Positions 29,187 through 38,842 are shown, counted from the first letter of the stretch. The stretch: DNA of 64,000 bases from Thermaerobacter marianensis (GCA_020724425.1 DYGY01000008.1:4151-68150), one strand, 5' to 3'. Numbers and translations are program-made. Notes: generated from the letters alone by a model not told the origin.

Positions 29187-29859
29187 GAGATTCAATGTGG
29201 CGGAAAGAGTAGCTCATTGGAGTCAGGCTTTTGCCTTTGTAGTCCTATTTCTAACTGGTGCAGGTTTAATCTTTCAGTTCTTTGGTGACTTCTTAGGTGT
29301 TGAGGGATTAAGAAGAGCAGGTTTATTGCATCGAGTTATCGGTATTTCTTTCCCGGTGATTGTGCTAGCTGTATTAGTATTGCTCACTCCAAAGACTACT
29401 AGAGAATGGTTAAAATCCTTAGTTTCCTGGAACAAGGATGATATACGGTTCTTAATGTTGTTTCCTAAGGAGTTTTTTGGTGGTCATGTAAAGTTACCTC
29501 CACAGGGGAAGTTTAATGCCGGAGAGAAAATCAACTCATTGTTAGTTATATTTTCGTCGGCAATTATGGTGATTACAGGGTGGATGTTGATTTTTAGGCA
29601 TCTATTTCCTGCCTGGATGGTTGTCTGGATACATCCTGTTCATGCTGGTACCGCGTTACTGTTAGCTGCGGTGATTCTTGCTCATGCTTATCTGGGTCTA
29701 GGGCATCCTAGCTCGCGGGAAGCTATGAAAGGTATGGTTAAGGGTACGGTGAGCGAGACGTTTGCTAGGGAACATCATCTATTATGGTATGAACAGGTTA
29801 AGGATACCGATTACGTTGTTGTTGAGAAAGAGGTTGAGCAAACAGCGTTGGAGAGTTAG
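29170..29859 (+). CDS. Di-haem cytochrome b membrane anchor (PhsC/FdnI-like), copy 1
   Basis: RFNVAERVAHW, LHR, GKFNAGEK, VHA...AHAY, M.KG.VS...A..HH..W. Confidence 0.9.
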   Translation: MMKRIKRFNVAERVAHWSQAFAFVVLFLTGAGLIFQFFGDFLGVEGLRRAGLLHRVIGISFPVIVLAVLVLLTPKTTREWLKSLVSWNKDDIRFLMLFPKEFFGGHVKLPPQGKFNAGEKINSLLVIFSSAIMVITGWMLIFRHLFPAWMVVWIHPVHAGTALLLAAVILAHAYLGLGHPSSREAMKGMVKGTVSETFAREHHLLWYEQVKDTDYVVVEKEVEQTALES

Positions 29860-29902
29860 ACAAGACCCCTGCACTTTGCAGGGGTTCTCTTTTTATGGAG
29901 GT

Positions 29903-30838
29903 CTATTCGTCTTTAATTGAAGTGTTGCAGAATCTTCTTTTTTCTGGATCTTCCATGAGATCTAGAAAACGCGTTTGTAGATCACTTAAAGGTTGGTCTT
30001 GCTGGTAAAGAATGATGAAGTCATAAATAAAGGAGAGGCCTTTGATTGGTACGACGTGTAGCAGGCCGGCGGCCAGTTCTTTACGTATAACAAGTCTTGA
30101 GAGCAAAGCAACCCCTTGGTTAGCTTCAACCATGGCTTTAATAGCATCTACACTATTAAGTTCCATAATGACGTTTAGCTTTTCTGGGTTAACTCCGTGT
30201 TGCGAGAGAATGCTCTCTATCACCTTTCTTGTACCGGAACCCTTTTCTCTGCTTAAGAAAGGGAGGTTAACTAGTTCTGCTAGTTCTAGGTATTCTCTTT
30301 CTTTCCACTCTTGAGTTGGTGGTACTATTAGTACCAGTTCATCTTGTGTTAGATGGCTTGATGTCATTTTTGGTATTTCAATGTTTTCTTCAACTAGTGC
30401 CATATCAATTGTGCCATCAAGGAGTTTTGATATTACCTTCTCGGTATTATCTACCACCATGCGAATGTCTGCGTCTGGATTGAGTTCTTTGAAGTATACC
30501 AGGGTACATGGTAGTGCATATCCACCTAAAGTAGTACTAGCACCTATAATTATTTGATCTTTTGCTGAGGTTCTCAGTCTTTCTAGTTCTTCATCAAGTC
30601 TCTCTCCGAGGTTGAGCATTCTCTGACCAAGATTGTAGAGGATCTCTCCTCCTGCAGTCATTGTGACTCCTTTGTGTGTTCTTTGCAAAAGAGTTATTCC
30701 CATCGATTGTTCTAGTGAACCTATTCTCTGACTTAAAGCAGGCTGGGTCATGTGTAGTTTTTTGGCAGCTTTGCTAATGCTTTTTTCCTCCACTACAATA
30801 CAAAACGCTTCTATATCTTCTAGGTTAATGTTCATCAT
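29903..30838 (-). CDS. LysR-family regulator, copy 2
   Basis: SISKAAKKLHMTQPALSQRI HTH, GASTTLGGYALPC, REKGSGTR. Confidence 0.93.
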   Translation of the reverse strand: MMNINLEDIEAFCIVVEEKSISKAAKKLHMTQPALSQRIGSLEQSMGITLLQRTHKGVTMTAGGEILYNLGQRMLNLGERLDEELERLRTSAKDQIIIGASTTLGGYALPCTLVYFKELNPDADIRMVVDNTEKVISKLLDGTIDMALVEENIEIPKMTSSHLTQDELVLIVPPTQEWKEREYLELAELVNLPFLSREKGSGTRKVIESILSQHGVNPEKLNVIMELNSVDAIKAMVEANQGVALLSRLVIRKELAAGLLHVVPIKGLSFIYDFIILYQQDQPLSDLQTRFLDLMEDPEKRRFCNTSIKDE

Positions 30839-31015
30839 ATCACCATCCTTTTGGGTCCTTTATAAGACCCATGTTCTATTATATCAATACTACTTTAGAA
30901 CTAAAAAGGGGTATGAAAGTTCTAGCAATCACAAGCCCTGAAAGGCCTAATATTACTAGTTTTCGGCAATTTAGCTTAGTTTAGGAATTAGTATTTTATC
31001 AGGTCATCGCCCGAT

Positions 31016-31049
31016 ATGCAATCTGCTTATAGGTATAATATTGCGTTAT
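31016..31049. promoter_or_regulatory. Putative tandem LysR T-N11-A boxes, copy 2
   Basis: ATGCAATCTGCTTAT and ATAATATTGCGTTAT in the divergent intergenic region. Confidence 0.4.
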
Positions 31050-31206
31050 GAAGAGTTTTGTCAAGTGGCCTGAAATGCTTATGGTATAAGGGATTACGAT
31101 ATCTTCGAAGGTAGTATGAAAGCTGTCTTGTCAGCTTGCCAAATAGGAGTACTCGAGTATAATTGAATTAAGGAAAGTGAACACATTCACAAAGGGGGCG
31201 TAATTA

Positions 31207-31713
31207 ATGAAAAAGAGAGCATTGTGGATTCTTACTTTTGTACTAATTCTTTCTGTAGCTTTGATTGCTGGTGGTTGTGGTCAGGAACAACCGGTTCAGA
31301 ACACAGAAACACCAGCACCACAAGTAGAAATTGATGAAGATGCAATTGTTTATGAAAGAATCATTAGTTATTTTGATGGGTTAAAGCAGAACAACAATAT
31401 GATTGCTCCAAGTGTGGTTTATGAGGCATTGCAGAGTGATCCAGGGGCATATTTCATCCTTGATATTAGAGCCGCTGATGATTATGCTAAGGGTCATATC
31501 GAAGCAGCTAGTATTCTTAATATAGCTTGGGCAGAGGTTGGTAGCAATATGCACCTATTACCAAGGGATCGGACAATTGTTGTTACCTGCTATAGTGGGC
31601 AGTCTGCAGGGCAGACAGTAGCTGCTTTGAGGTTAGCTGGTTATGATGCAATATCTTTGCAGGGTGGCATGAACAATGGTTGGTTGAAAGCTGAACTACC
31701 GATAGTTGATTAG
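31207..31713 (+). CDS. Rhodanese-domain lipoprotein (2a)
   Basis: Lipobox IAGGC, LDIR..DY..GHI, CYSGQSA; paralog of 25217-25726. Confidence 0.92.
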   Translation: MKKRALWILTFVLILSVALIAGGCGQEQPVQNTETPAPQVEIDEDAIVYERIISYFDGLKQNNNMIAPSVVYEALQSDPGAYFILDIRAADDYAKGHIEAASILNIAWAEVGSNMHLLPRDRTIVVTCYSGQSAGQTVAALRLAGYDAISLQGGMNNGWLKAELPIVD

Positions 31714-31740
31714 GAATTAAATGACCAGGGAGGGAAATTC

Positions 31741-32343
31741 ATGAATAACATTCGCGTATATTCGTTGCGGTTTGCTACCCTGGTCCTTTTGCTATCTTTA
31801 CTTGCCCTCACTTGGGGTTGTGGGTTAGAGGGGTCGGCTGGTCCGGCCCCTGCAAACCCCCAAGGAACTGAAGGTCTGGTAATCAAGGTAAGTGAAGTGG
31901 ACCAGAGTACGGCTGATGAGATTGTTTACAAACATGTAACAGAATATTTTAGTAGTTTGCAACGTGAGGGAGAACCAGCTTTTAATCTTGTTGATCCAGG
32001 TATTGCTTATGAGAATCTCAATAAGAGTCCCGAACAGTATTTTTTGGTTGATTTGAGAAGCAGAAGTGATTTTGAAGTTGCATTCGCCGCTGAGACTGAT
32101 TTAAATATAGCTGCTGCTGCACTTGCAGAGAATATGGATCTTCTACCTAAGGATAAGACCATTTATGTTGGCTGTTATACAGGGCAAACTGCAGGTCAGG
32201 TTGTAGCTGCATTAAGGGTTGCTGGTTATGATGCTTATAGTATTAGAGGTGGCATTACTAATGGTTGGATAGCTGCAGGCTTACCTGTTGTTGGTGCTCC
32301 TGCTAACACATCTGATAGTGCAGCTGGAGGTTGTGGTGGTTAA
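31741..32343 (+). CDS. Rhodanese-domain lipoprotein with C-terminal GGCGG tail (2b)
   Basis: Lipobox-like LTWGC, CYTGQTA, C-terminus DSAAGGCGG; paralog of 25744-26271. Confidence 0.92.
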   Translation: MNNIRVYSLRFATLVLLLSLLALTWGCGLEGSAGPAPANPQGTEGLVIKVSEVDQSTADEIVYKHVTEYFSSLQREGEPAFNLVDPGIAYENLNKSPEQYFLVDLRSRSDFEVAFAAETDLNIAAAALAENMDLLPKDKTIYVGCYTGQTAGQVVAALRVAGYDAYSIRGGITNGWIAAGLPVVGAPANTSDSAAGGCGG

Positions 32344-32374
32344 AGCGTTCTCTAGTGGTAAGGAGGGAAGATAG

Positions 32375-34585
32375 GTGAAACTGAATCGTAGAACATTCCT
32401 GAAATTGTCGGCTGCAACAGCGTCTATGGCAGCTTTAGGCGCTAGCAAATATAGATCGGTTGATAACTGGGCTAGTGCTAATGAAAGACCTTCTAATATC
32501 ACCACAGCATATTCTGTGTGTAATAGTTGTGGTAACCGGTGTGGAATTATGGCGTACTTGAGGAATGGACGGTTGTGGAGAATTACTGGTAATCCTGATG
32601 ACAATAAGTCTGGGGGTAAGATTTGTACTAGAGGGCATGGGTATGCTCAGATGGTTTATGATAAGTATCGTTTAAGCCAACCGTTGAAACGTACAAGTGA
32701 TGGTTCGTTTGTGGAGATCCCCTGGGAGCAGGCTTATCAGGAGATTGGTGATAAGTTAATGGGTGTTGTCCGTAAGTATGGTCCTCAATCTGTGTTCTGG
32801 AGTGAATATAGCAAGCCAATCTCTAATTTCTATGGTGCCAGATTGATGGCTGCTTTGGGATCCCCCAACTGGACTACTCACTCATCTACCTGTTTTGTGG
32901 GTAGGAATGTTGGTTTTGATTATACTTTAGGTGGTTTACCGAGTGGTGATTATGAAAATACCAAGTATGTTGTATTTGTTGGTCGTTCACCTGCTGATGG
33001 CATGGGGTTAAATATTCTTAAAGGTTTAGGTGTGGCTAAGAAGAAGGGTGCCAAAGTTGTTTCAGTAGATCCAAGGCTCAGTTACAGTGCCGGTGTCTTA
33101 GCTGATGAATGGGTGGCAGTTAAGCCTGGTACAGATTTGGCATTGCTATTGGCCTGGATGAATGTATTAATTGCTGAAAATCTTTATGATAAAGGATTTG
33201 TAGAAAACTATACAGTTGGTTTTGCTGAACTAAAGGAAATGGTTAAGCAATATACCCCTGAGTGGGCTGAGACCATCACAGGGGTTAAGGCAGAACAGAT
33301 TAGGAGAATTGGTCGGGAGTTAGGAGCAAATAGACCAGCGGCATTCTTGGAACCAGGCTGGCATGCAGCATATGGTTCTAACTATGCCAATAGTACTCAG
33401 ACAGCAAGAGCAACAGCCATTGTAAATGGTCTGCTTGGTAACATCAACAAGCCAGGTGGTCTATGTTTTTATAACAGGGTGAGTTTTGGGGGTTTGAATC
33501 CAGAGCTTTATCCAACTCCTCCAGCATCACCTTATGAAAGAGTTGATGGTGCTGGTGTTAAGGGTAAGTATCCCTTAACTTTATCAACTGGTTTGCATCA
33601 CCTGTTACCTGGTCTGGCTAAGGAAGGTAAACTGAAGGCTGGTATCTTCTATTCGGTTAACCCGGGAAGAACAGTACCTGATCGGAACTATGTGATTGAG
33701 GGATATAAGAACCTAGAATTGACTATCGTAATTGACTGGCAGATGTCTGAGACTGCTGAACAGTTTGCTGATTATGTATTACCAGAGAGCCATCCAATGG
33801 AGAGAGATGGTATAGTTGAAGCTATTGCTAGCAGTAGGCCTCAGGTTACGATGCAGGCTAAGGTAATTGACCCTGTTCATTCAGGTGGAAGGGGTCTAGA
33901 TCGCATTGTTAGTGAGTTGGCTACAGCAATGGGTCTAGAAAGATTCTTCAACTTTACTCTAGAGGATTTAAATAAGGCCATGCTATTCCCCTTAGGACTA
34001 TTCCCGGTTCATCTTAAGAGCAGGGGTATTGTGGATGGTGATGCAGGGCAGTGGCATTATGAGTTTCCTGTTGATGGTAGTGGTAAGCCAAGTTTAAGAA
34101 CTAAGTCGGGTAAGGTAGAGTTTTTTAGCTCTAGTTTTGCTGAGCATGGTCATAATCCTTTACCAGCATGGCAGGCACCTAAGGTGATGCCATCAGGGGA
34201 TAAGTTAAGGATGATTCATGGTCATCAAGCCTATCATACTCATGCCCAAACAATGAATAATCCATATTTGATGAGTATTACCAAGGACTATGAGGGTGAT
34301 TCCATATGGTTAAATACAGAGACTGCCAAAAGGTTGGGTATTAGTGATGGCGATACAGTACAGGTTAGTGGTAATGGTTGGGAGGCAAAATCTAAGGTTA
34401 AGGTAACTCAGAGGATCCATCCAGAGGCGTTGTTTGTACCTGGTGGCTATGGTGGTTTTGCCAAGAGTCTAGTTAGAGGTTATGGTATTGGGGTTAATAT
34501 AAATGACTTCCTAAAGCATGATACGGAACCAATTTCGGGGCATGCGATGATGGAAGAGGTTTTGGTTAGTGTAAAGAGGGCATAA
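32375..34585 (+). CDS. Tat-exported Mo-bisMGD oxidoreductase catalytic subunit, PsrA/PhsA/SrrA family, copy 2
   Basis: NRRTFLK, CNSCGNRC...KICTRG, HSSTCF, KPGTDLAL. Confidence 0.92.
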   Translation: MKLNRRTFLKLSAATASMAALGASKYRSVDNWASANERPSNITTAYSVCNSCGNRCGIMAYLRNGRLWRITGNPDDNKSGGKICTRGHGYAQMVYDKYRLSQPLKRTSDGSFVEIPWEQAYQEIGDKLMGVVRKYGPQSVFWSEYSKPISNFYGARLMAALGSPNWTTHSSTCFVGRNVGFDYTLGGLPSGDYENTKYVVFVGRSPADGMGLNILKGLGVAKKKGAKVVSVDPRLSYSAGVLADEWVAVKPGTDLALLLAWMNVLIAENLYDKGFVENYTVGFAELKEMVKQYTPEWAETITGVKAEQIRRIGRELGANRPAAFLEPGWHAAYGSNYANSTQTARATAIVNGLLGNINKPGGLCFYNRVSFGGLNPELYPTPPASPYERVDGAGVKGKYPLTLSTGLHHLLPGLAKEGKLKAGIFYSVNPGRTVPDRNYVIEGYKNLELTIVIDWQMSETAEQFADYVLPESHPMERDGIVEAIASSRPQVTMQAKVIDPVHSGGRGLDRIVSELATAMGLERFFNFTLEDLNKAMLFPLGLFPVHLKSRGIVDGDAGQWHYEFPVDGSGKPSLRTKSGKVEFFSSSFAEHGHNPLPAWQAPKVMPSGDKLRMIHGHQAYHTHAQTMNNPYLMSITKDYEGDSIWLNTETAKRLGISDGDTVQVSGNGWEAKSKVKVTQRIHPEALFVPGGYGGFAKSLVRGYGIGVNINDFLKHDTEPISGHAMMEEVLVSVKRA

Positions 34586-34610
34586 ATAGACCCGGAAAGG
34601 AGTGCGGCCC

Positions 34611-35306
34611 ATGTCTAAGTATGCAATGTTAATTGATGTTAATGAATGTATAGGCTGCTATGCTTGTCGGGTAGCCTGTCAGACTACAAATGACCTTCCT
34701 TCAGATATTAGTCGTATTAAGTTCATGGAAAAGGAGAAAGGGACATTTCCAGAGACAGAGATAGTTGTTTTGCCTACTCAATGTATGCATTGTGATGAAC
34801 CTGCTTGTGTTGATGTTTGCCCTACTGGAGCTTCCTTTAAGAATGAAGATGGTTTGGTTCTAATTGATTATGATAAGTGTATTGGTTGTAAGTATTGCAT
34901 CACTGCTTGTCCTTATGATGCAAGAACTTTCAATACCTCTACAGGAAAAGTTGATAAGTGTAATTTCTGTGCACCTAGAGTACAGAGAGGTATGCAACCT
35001 GCCTGTGTGGAGGCTTGTGTCAATGATGCCAGGTTCTTTGGTGAGGTAGATGACTCCAATTCACCTATTAGCAAGTTGATTGCTGAAGCAGATACTGCTA
35101 AAGTGGGAGGAACCTCGTTCTATTACAAGCTTCCTGAAGGCTGGGATGAGAGTTTGCCAGAGGATGCTATAAAACCTGCTTATGTTAAGAATCTAACAGA
35201 GAGAGTGCATCCTGCAGGTAAGGCTTTGTTAGGATTATCGGCAGGAGCTGTAGCAGCAAGCTATGTGATGACAAGAGTCAATGGCGGACATGAGGATGAA
35301 GAATAG
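34611..35306 (+). CDS. 4x[4Fe-4S] electron-transfer subunit, copy 2
   Basis: CIGCYACRVAC, CMHCDEPACVDVCP, CIGCKYCITACP, KCNFC; C-terminal hydrophobic helix. Confidence 0.93.
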   Translation: MSKYAMLIDVNECIGCYACRVACQTTNDLPSDISRIKFMEKEKGTFPETEIVVLPTQCMHCDEPACVDVCPTGASFKNEDGLVLIDYDKCIGCKYCITACPYDARTFNTSTGKVDKCNFCAPRVQRGMQPACVEACVNDARFFGEVDDSNSPISKLIAEADTAKVGGTSFYYKLPEGWDESLPEDAIKPAYVKNLTERVHPAGKALLGLSAGAVAASYVMTRVNGGHEDEE

Positions 35307-35323
35307 TTGAGGTGGTGACTACT

Positions 35324-36028
35324 ATGTCTAAAAAGGGCAATGTAAGGATAAAGCGTTTTAATTTGGCCGAGAGGGTAGCACACTGGAGTCAAGCCTTTGC
35401 ATTTGTTGTTCTCTTTCTCACTGGCTCTGCTCTAATCTTTCGTGGTTATGGTGCTTTGCTAGGAGCAGAGGGACTGAGAATTGCCGGGATGATCCATAGA
35501 ATTATTGGTGTTTCTTTTCCAATAATTATTCTGGCTATTCTGCTCCTACTGACTCCAAAGACAACCAAGGAGTGGCTACGTTCGGTATTTAGTTGGAACA
35601 TGAGTGATATTAAGTTTCTGGCTTTATTCCCCAAAGAGTTCTTTGGTCTTAAGGTGAAATTGCCTGCTCAGGGGAAGTTTAATGCTGGTGAGAAGATAAA
35701 CTCCTTGATTACCATATTTGGATCCATGTTGATGGTTATTACCGGCTGGATGTTGATTCTACAGGATAGGTTCTCACCTTCAGTTATTGCTTGGGTTCAT
35801 CTTTTGCATGCTTCAGGAGCCTTACTGATGGGAGCTGTTATTATCGCTCATGCTTATCTGGCTTTAGGACATCCTGGTTCCCGGGAAGCTATAAATGGTA
35901 TGATCTCTGGTACTGTTAGTGAAAAGTTTGCAAAAGAACACCATGAACTCTGGTATAATGAAGTTAAGGATACTAATAGGGTAGTTGTTGGAGAAGAGGT
36001 TCAAGATTTGAAAGAACGAGAAGCATAG
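35324..36028 (+). CDS. Di-haem cytochrome b membrane anchor (PhsC/FdnI-like), copy 2
   Basis: RFNLAERVAHW, IHR, GKFNAGEK, LHA...AHAY. Confidence 0.9.
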   Translation: MSKKGNVRIKRFNLAERVAHWSQAFAFVVLFLTGSALIFRGYGALLGAEGLRIAGMIHRIIGVSFPIIILAILLLLTPKTTKEWLRSVFSWNMSDIKFLALFPKEFFGLKVKLPAQGKFNAGEKINSLITIFGSMLMVITGWMLILQDRFSPSVIAWVHLLHASGALLMGAVIIAHAYLALGHPGSREAINGMISGTVSEKFAKEHHELWYNEVKDTNRVVVGEEVQDLKEREA

Positions 36029-36147
36029 CTTCTTAGAGATGGTTGGGAGACCTGTAATAGGTCTCCCACAAAAATATATGATATGTAAGAGGAATTGTGA
36101 TATGATAAAGAGAGCAGAAATTATTGTCAATCGTGGAGGTGTCCCAG

Positions 36148-36375
36148 TTGTTTGGTGGAAAAATAGGTCTATGGGAATTAGTTCTTATTTTAGCAATTGC
36201 ATTAGTGATTTTTGGGCCACAGAAGTTACCGGAGATGGGACGTTCATTGGGTAAGGGTATTAAGGAGTTTCGTAAAGCAACAAAGGAATTAACTGAGGAA
36301 ATTGATATCGATGAAGAACCAAGCAAGGAGAAGAAAGTAAAGGAAGAAAAAACGGAAGAAGATAAGAAGGAGTAA
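36148..36375 (+). CDS. tatA: Twin-arginine translocase TatA
   Basis: GLWELVLIL...[23 protein letters not shown]; TTG start after GGAGGTG. Confidence 0.95.
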   Translation: MFGGKIGLWELVLILAIALVIFGPQKLPEMGRSLGKGIKEFRKATKELTEEIDIDEEPSKEKKVKEEKTEEDKKE

Positions 36376-36402
36376 CCTTCATATTAGCCTGGGGGCAGGG
36401 TT

Positions 36403-37143
36403 ATGGATGAAAGGCAGATTAGAGAAGATGAGGGGATGACCCTTGTTGAACATCTTGAAGAATTGCGAAAACGAGTAGTTCGGATTATTGTGGTTAGTAT
36501 TCTGGCTATAGGTGTAAGTTTTGTTTTTGCTTCTGATTTGCTGGCTTATATAGTTGAACCGGTAGACTCCCTGGTTATTTTAACACCGGGTGAGGGTTTT
36601 TTTGCTACTTTGCGGCTGGCAATAATGATGGGTTTGGCTTTAGCATCACCCTTTATTATTTATCAGCTAGTTGCTTTTATATTGCCTGCTTTGACTAAGC
36701 AGGAAAGGAAGTATTTATATGTACTGCTGCCTTTTGGATACATACTCTTCTGGGCAGGAGTACTTTTTGCGTATTTTGTTATTGTTCCCTATGTGTATCG
36801 GTTCTTTATTGGCTTTACTTATGAGGGGTTAATGGAACCATATATTTCTGTAAGTAGTTATCTAGGGTTTGTTCTTGGGGTAATTATTCCTTTTGGTATT
36901 ATTTTTGAGTTACCGATTCTTGTTTCTTTGTTAACCATTATTGGTCTTGTCACTCCAGATATTTTAAAGAAATATAGGAAGTATGCTATTCTGCTGGTTT
37001 TTGTGGTGGCTGCCTTTTTTACCCCACCTGATCCTATTTCTCAGGGGTTAATGGCAGGTCCTTTGATTCTTCTATATGAGTTTAGTATTTCGATATCAAA
37101 GATAGTGTACAAGCGTAGGCTAAGGAGAGAGGATTTTGAGTAG
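36403..37143 (+). CDS. tatC: Twin-arginine translocase TatC
   Basis: MTLVEHLEELRKR, FILPAL...E, FELP, TPPDPISQ, LYE. Confidence 0.96.
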   Translation: MDERQIREDEGMTLVEHLEELRKRVVRIIVVSILAIGVSFVFASDLLAYIVEPVDSLVILTPGEGFFATLRLAIMMGLALASPFIIYQLVAFILPALTKQERKYLYVLLPFGYILFWAGVLFAYFVIVPYVYRFFIGFTYEGLMEPYISVSSYLGFVLGVIIPFGIIFELPILVSLLTIIGLVTPDILKKYRKYAILLVFVVAAFFTPPDPISQGLMAGPLILLYEFSISISKIVYKRRLRREDFE

Positions 37144-37654
37144 AGTGCCTGTCTTTTCTATTGTGGGTAGGAGTAATAGTGGGAAGACTACCCTGCTTGA
37201 GAGAGTAATTAGGGGTTTAAGGGAACTAGATATACGTGTAGCCACTATTAAACATGATACTCATGGTTTTGATATTGATCATAAGGGTAAAGATACGTAT
37301 CGTCACAGGGAGGCAGGTGCTGAGGTGGTGTTGATCTCCTCAGTAGAAAGATTGGCTTTTATGCAGGAATTAAGGGAAGAGTTGGAGTTAGTGGAGTTAG
37401 TAGCTCTGGTGGAAGAGAGGGCTAAGGTAGATCTTATCCTTACTGAAGGCTATAAGACGGGTAGTGTTCCCAGGTTAGAGGTATTTAATCAGGGTAGATA
37501 CACTGAGCTTGTTTCTGATTTGGAAGCAACTCATCTTACCGCCATAGTTACTGATAGGCCAGAGAGTATTGAGATTGATAAACCTGTCTATCATTGGGAT
37601 GATGTTGATGGTGTGGTTAGACATATTTTAGAGGTGACAGGATTAGGAGGATAG
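37136..37654 (+). CDS. mobB: Molybdopterin-guanine dinucleotide biosynthesis protein MobB
   Basis: GRSNSGKTTL, IKHDTHGFDID..GKDT, EGYK. Confidence 0.94.
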   Translation: MSRVPVFSIVGRSNSGKTTLLERVIRGLRELDIRVATIKHDTHGFDIDHKGKDTYRHREAGAEVVLISSVERLAFMQELREELELVELVALVEERAKVDLILTEGYKTGSVPRLEVFNQGRYTELVSDLEATHLTAIVTDRPESIEIDKPVYHWDDVDGVVRHILEVTGLGG

Positions 37655-37659
37655 GAGTA

Positions 37660-38280
37660 ATGCTTGCCGTTGTCTTAGCCGGAGGGCAGAGCAGACGTAT
37701 GGGTCAGGATAAGGCTCTTCTTACCCTGGCAGACAAGACATTTATTGAGACTATTTATGATGAGCTCCGGGGATATTTCTCTGAGATAGTTATCTCAGCT
37801 AACAATCCGGAGCCTTATTTTCATCTGGGATTAAAGATATTAAGAGATGAATATGAGGGTCTTGGTCCTTTAGCAGGTATTCATAGTGGTCTTTCCTATG
37901 CACAAAAAAGGGGCAAGAAGCATATTTTTGTGGTGAGTTGTGATATGCCGATGATCTCTGGAAGACTAGCTTACAGGATGGTAGAGCTTTTGGAAGAGGA
38001 CTATCAGGCGGTTGTACCTAAGGCTGGTGATAGGATCTTCCCTACCTTCAGTGCCTATAGTGTAAGGGCATTTGCTGAGATTGATCAGGCATTAAGAGAG
38101 GAAAGATTACGTTTACAGGCTATCTTAAGGGAATTAAATACATACTGGCTGTTGGAGGATGAAATTGCTTTATATGGAGAGCCACTAAAGATACTAAGGA
38201 ATGTCAATAATCTTAAAGAGTATCTGGATCTCAGGGATATCTATGGAGAGGAAGAGGATAGTGAGAGAAATAAGGGCTGA
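37660..38280 (+). CDS. mobA: Molybdenum cofactor guanylyltransferase MobA
   Basis: LAGGQSRRMGQDKA, GPLAGI, SCDMP, NVN. Confidence 0.94.
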   Translation: MLAVVLAGGQSRRMGQDKALLTLADKTFIETIYDELRGYFSEIVISANNPEPYFHLGLKILRDEYEGLGPLAGIHSGLSYAQKRGKKHIFVVSCDMPMISGRLAYRMVELLEEDYQAVVPKAGDRIFPTFSAYSVRAFAEIDQALREERLRLQAILRELNTYWLLEDEIALYGEPLKILRNVNNLKEYLDLRDIYGEEEDSERNKG

Positions 38281-38842
38281 AATGTATGGAATAATGGCAG
38301 AATGCTTTAGAGAACCTTCAGAGAGTTTCATTGAAGATGTCAATGAGGGAATACTGGAAACAGAGGTTTCAGAATTGCTTCATAGTTTGAATATAACTGT
38401 GGAGGGATTAGGACAAGTTGATTTAGAGGCTGAGTATTATAATCTTTTTGTTAACCCTCAGGGACAAAGATTGGTTCCTGTGGAGTCTATTTATCGTCCT
38501 TGGACCATGTCAGATGAGGAGAGTATTCTTGGGAAGACTAAAGGATATCTGATGAGTGATTGGGCGATGCATCTCATGAATGTTTATGAAGATATGGGGA
38601 TTGAGCTACCAGCTGAATATCAGTCAAAACCTGATCATTTGACCCTTGAGTTAGAGTTTATGGCTCTTTTGCTACAGTTAGGGGAAGAGGAGGTTTCTAA
38701 GCAATTCTTTAGGGACCATCTTGATTGGTTAGGGGACTTGTTCACTGATGTTAAAGAGAGGTATTCACTAGGACCCTTTTATACATATGTTTTCGGAGTT
38801 CTAGAGGCATTCTGGAGACATGAAAAGGACCTCATTGGTTAG
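38243..38842 (+). CDS. TorD/DmsD-family molybdoenzyme chaperone
   Basis: EY..LF, PVESIY, PDHLTLELEFM, F..HLDW. Confidence 0.9.
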   Translation: MERKRIVREIRAEMYGIMAECFREPSESFIEDVNEGILETEVSELLHSLNITVEGLGQVDLEAEYYNLFVNPQGQRLVPVESIYRPWTMSDEESILGKTKGYLMSDWAMHLMNVYEDMGIELPAEYQSKPDHLTLELEFMALLLQLGEEEVSKQFFRDHLDWLGDLFTDVKERYSLGPFYTYVFGVLEAFWRHEKDLIG

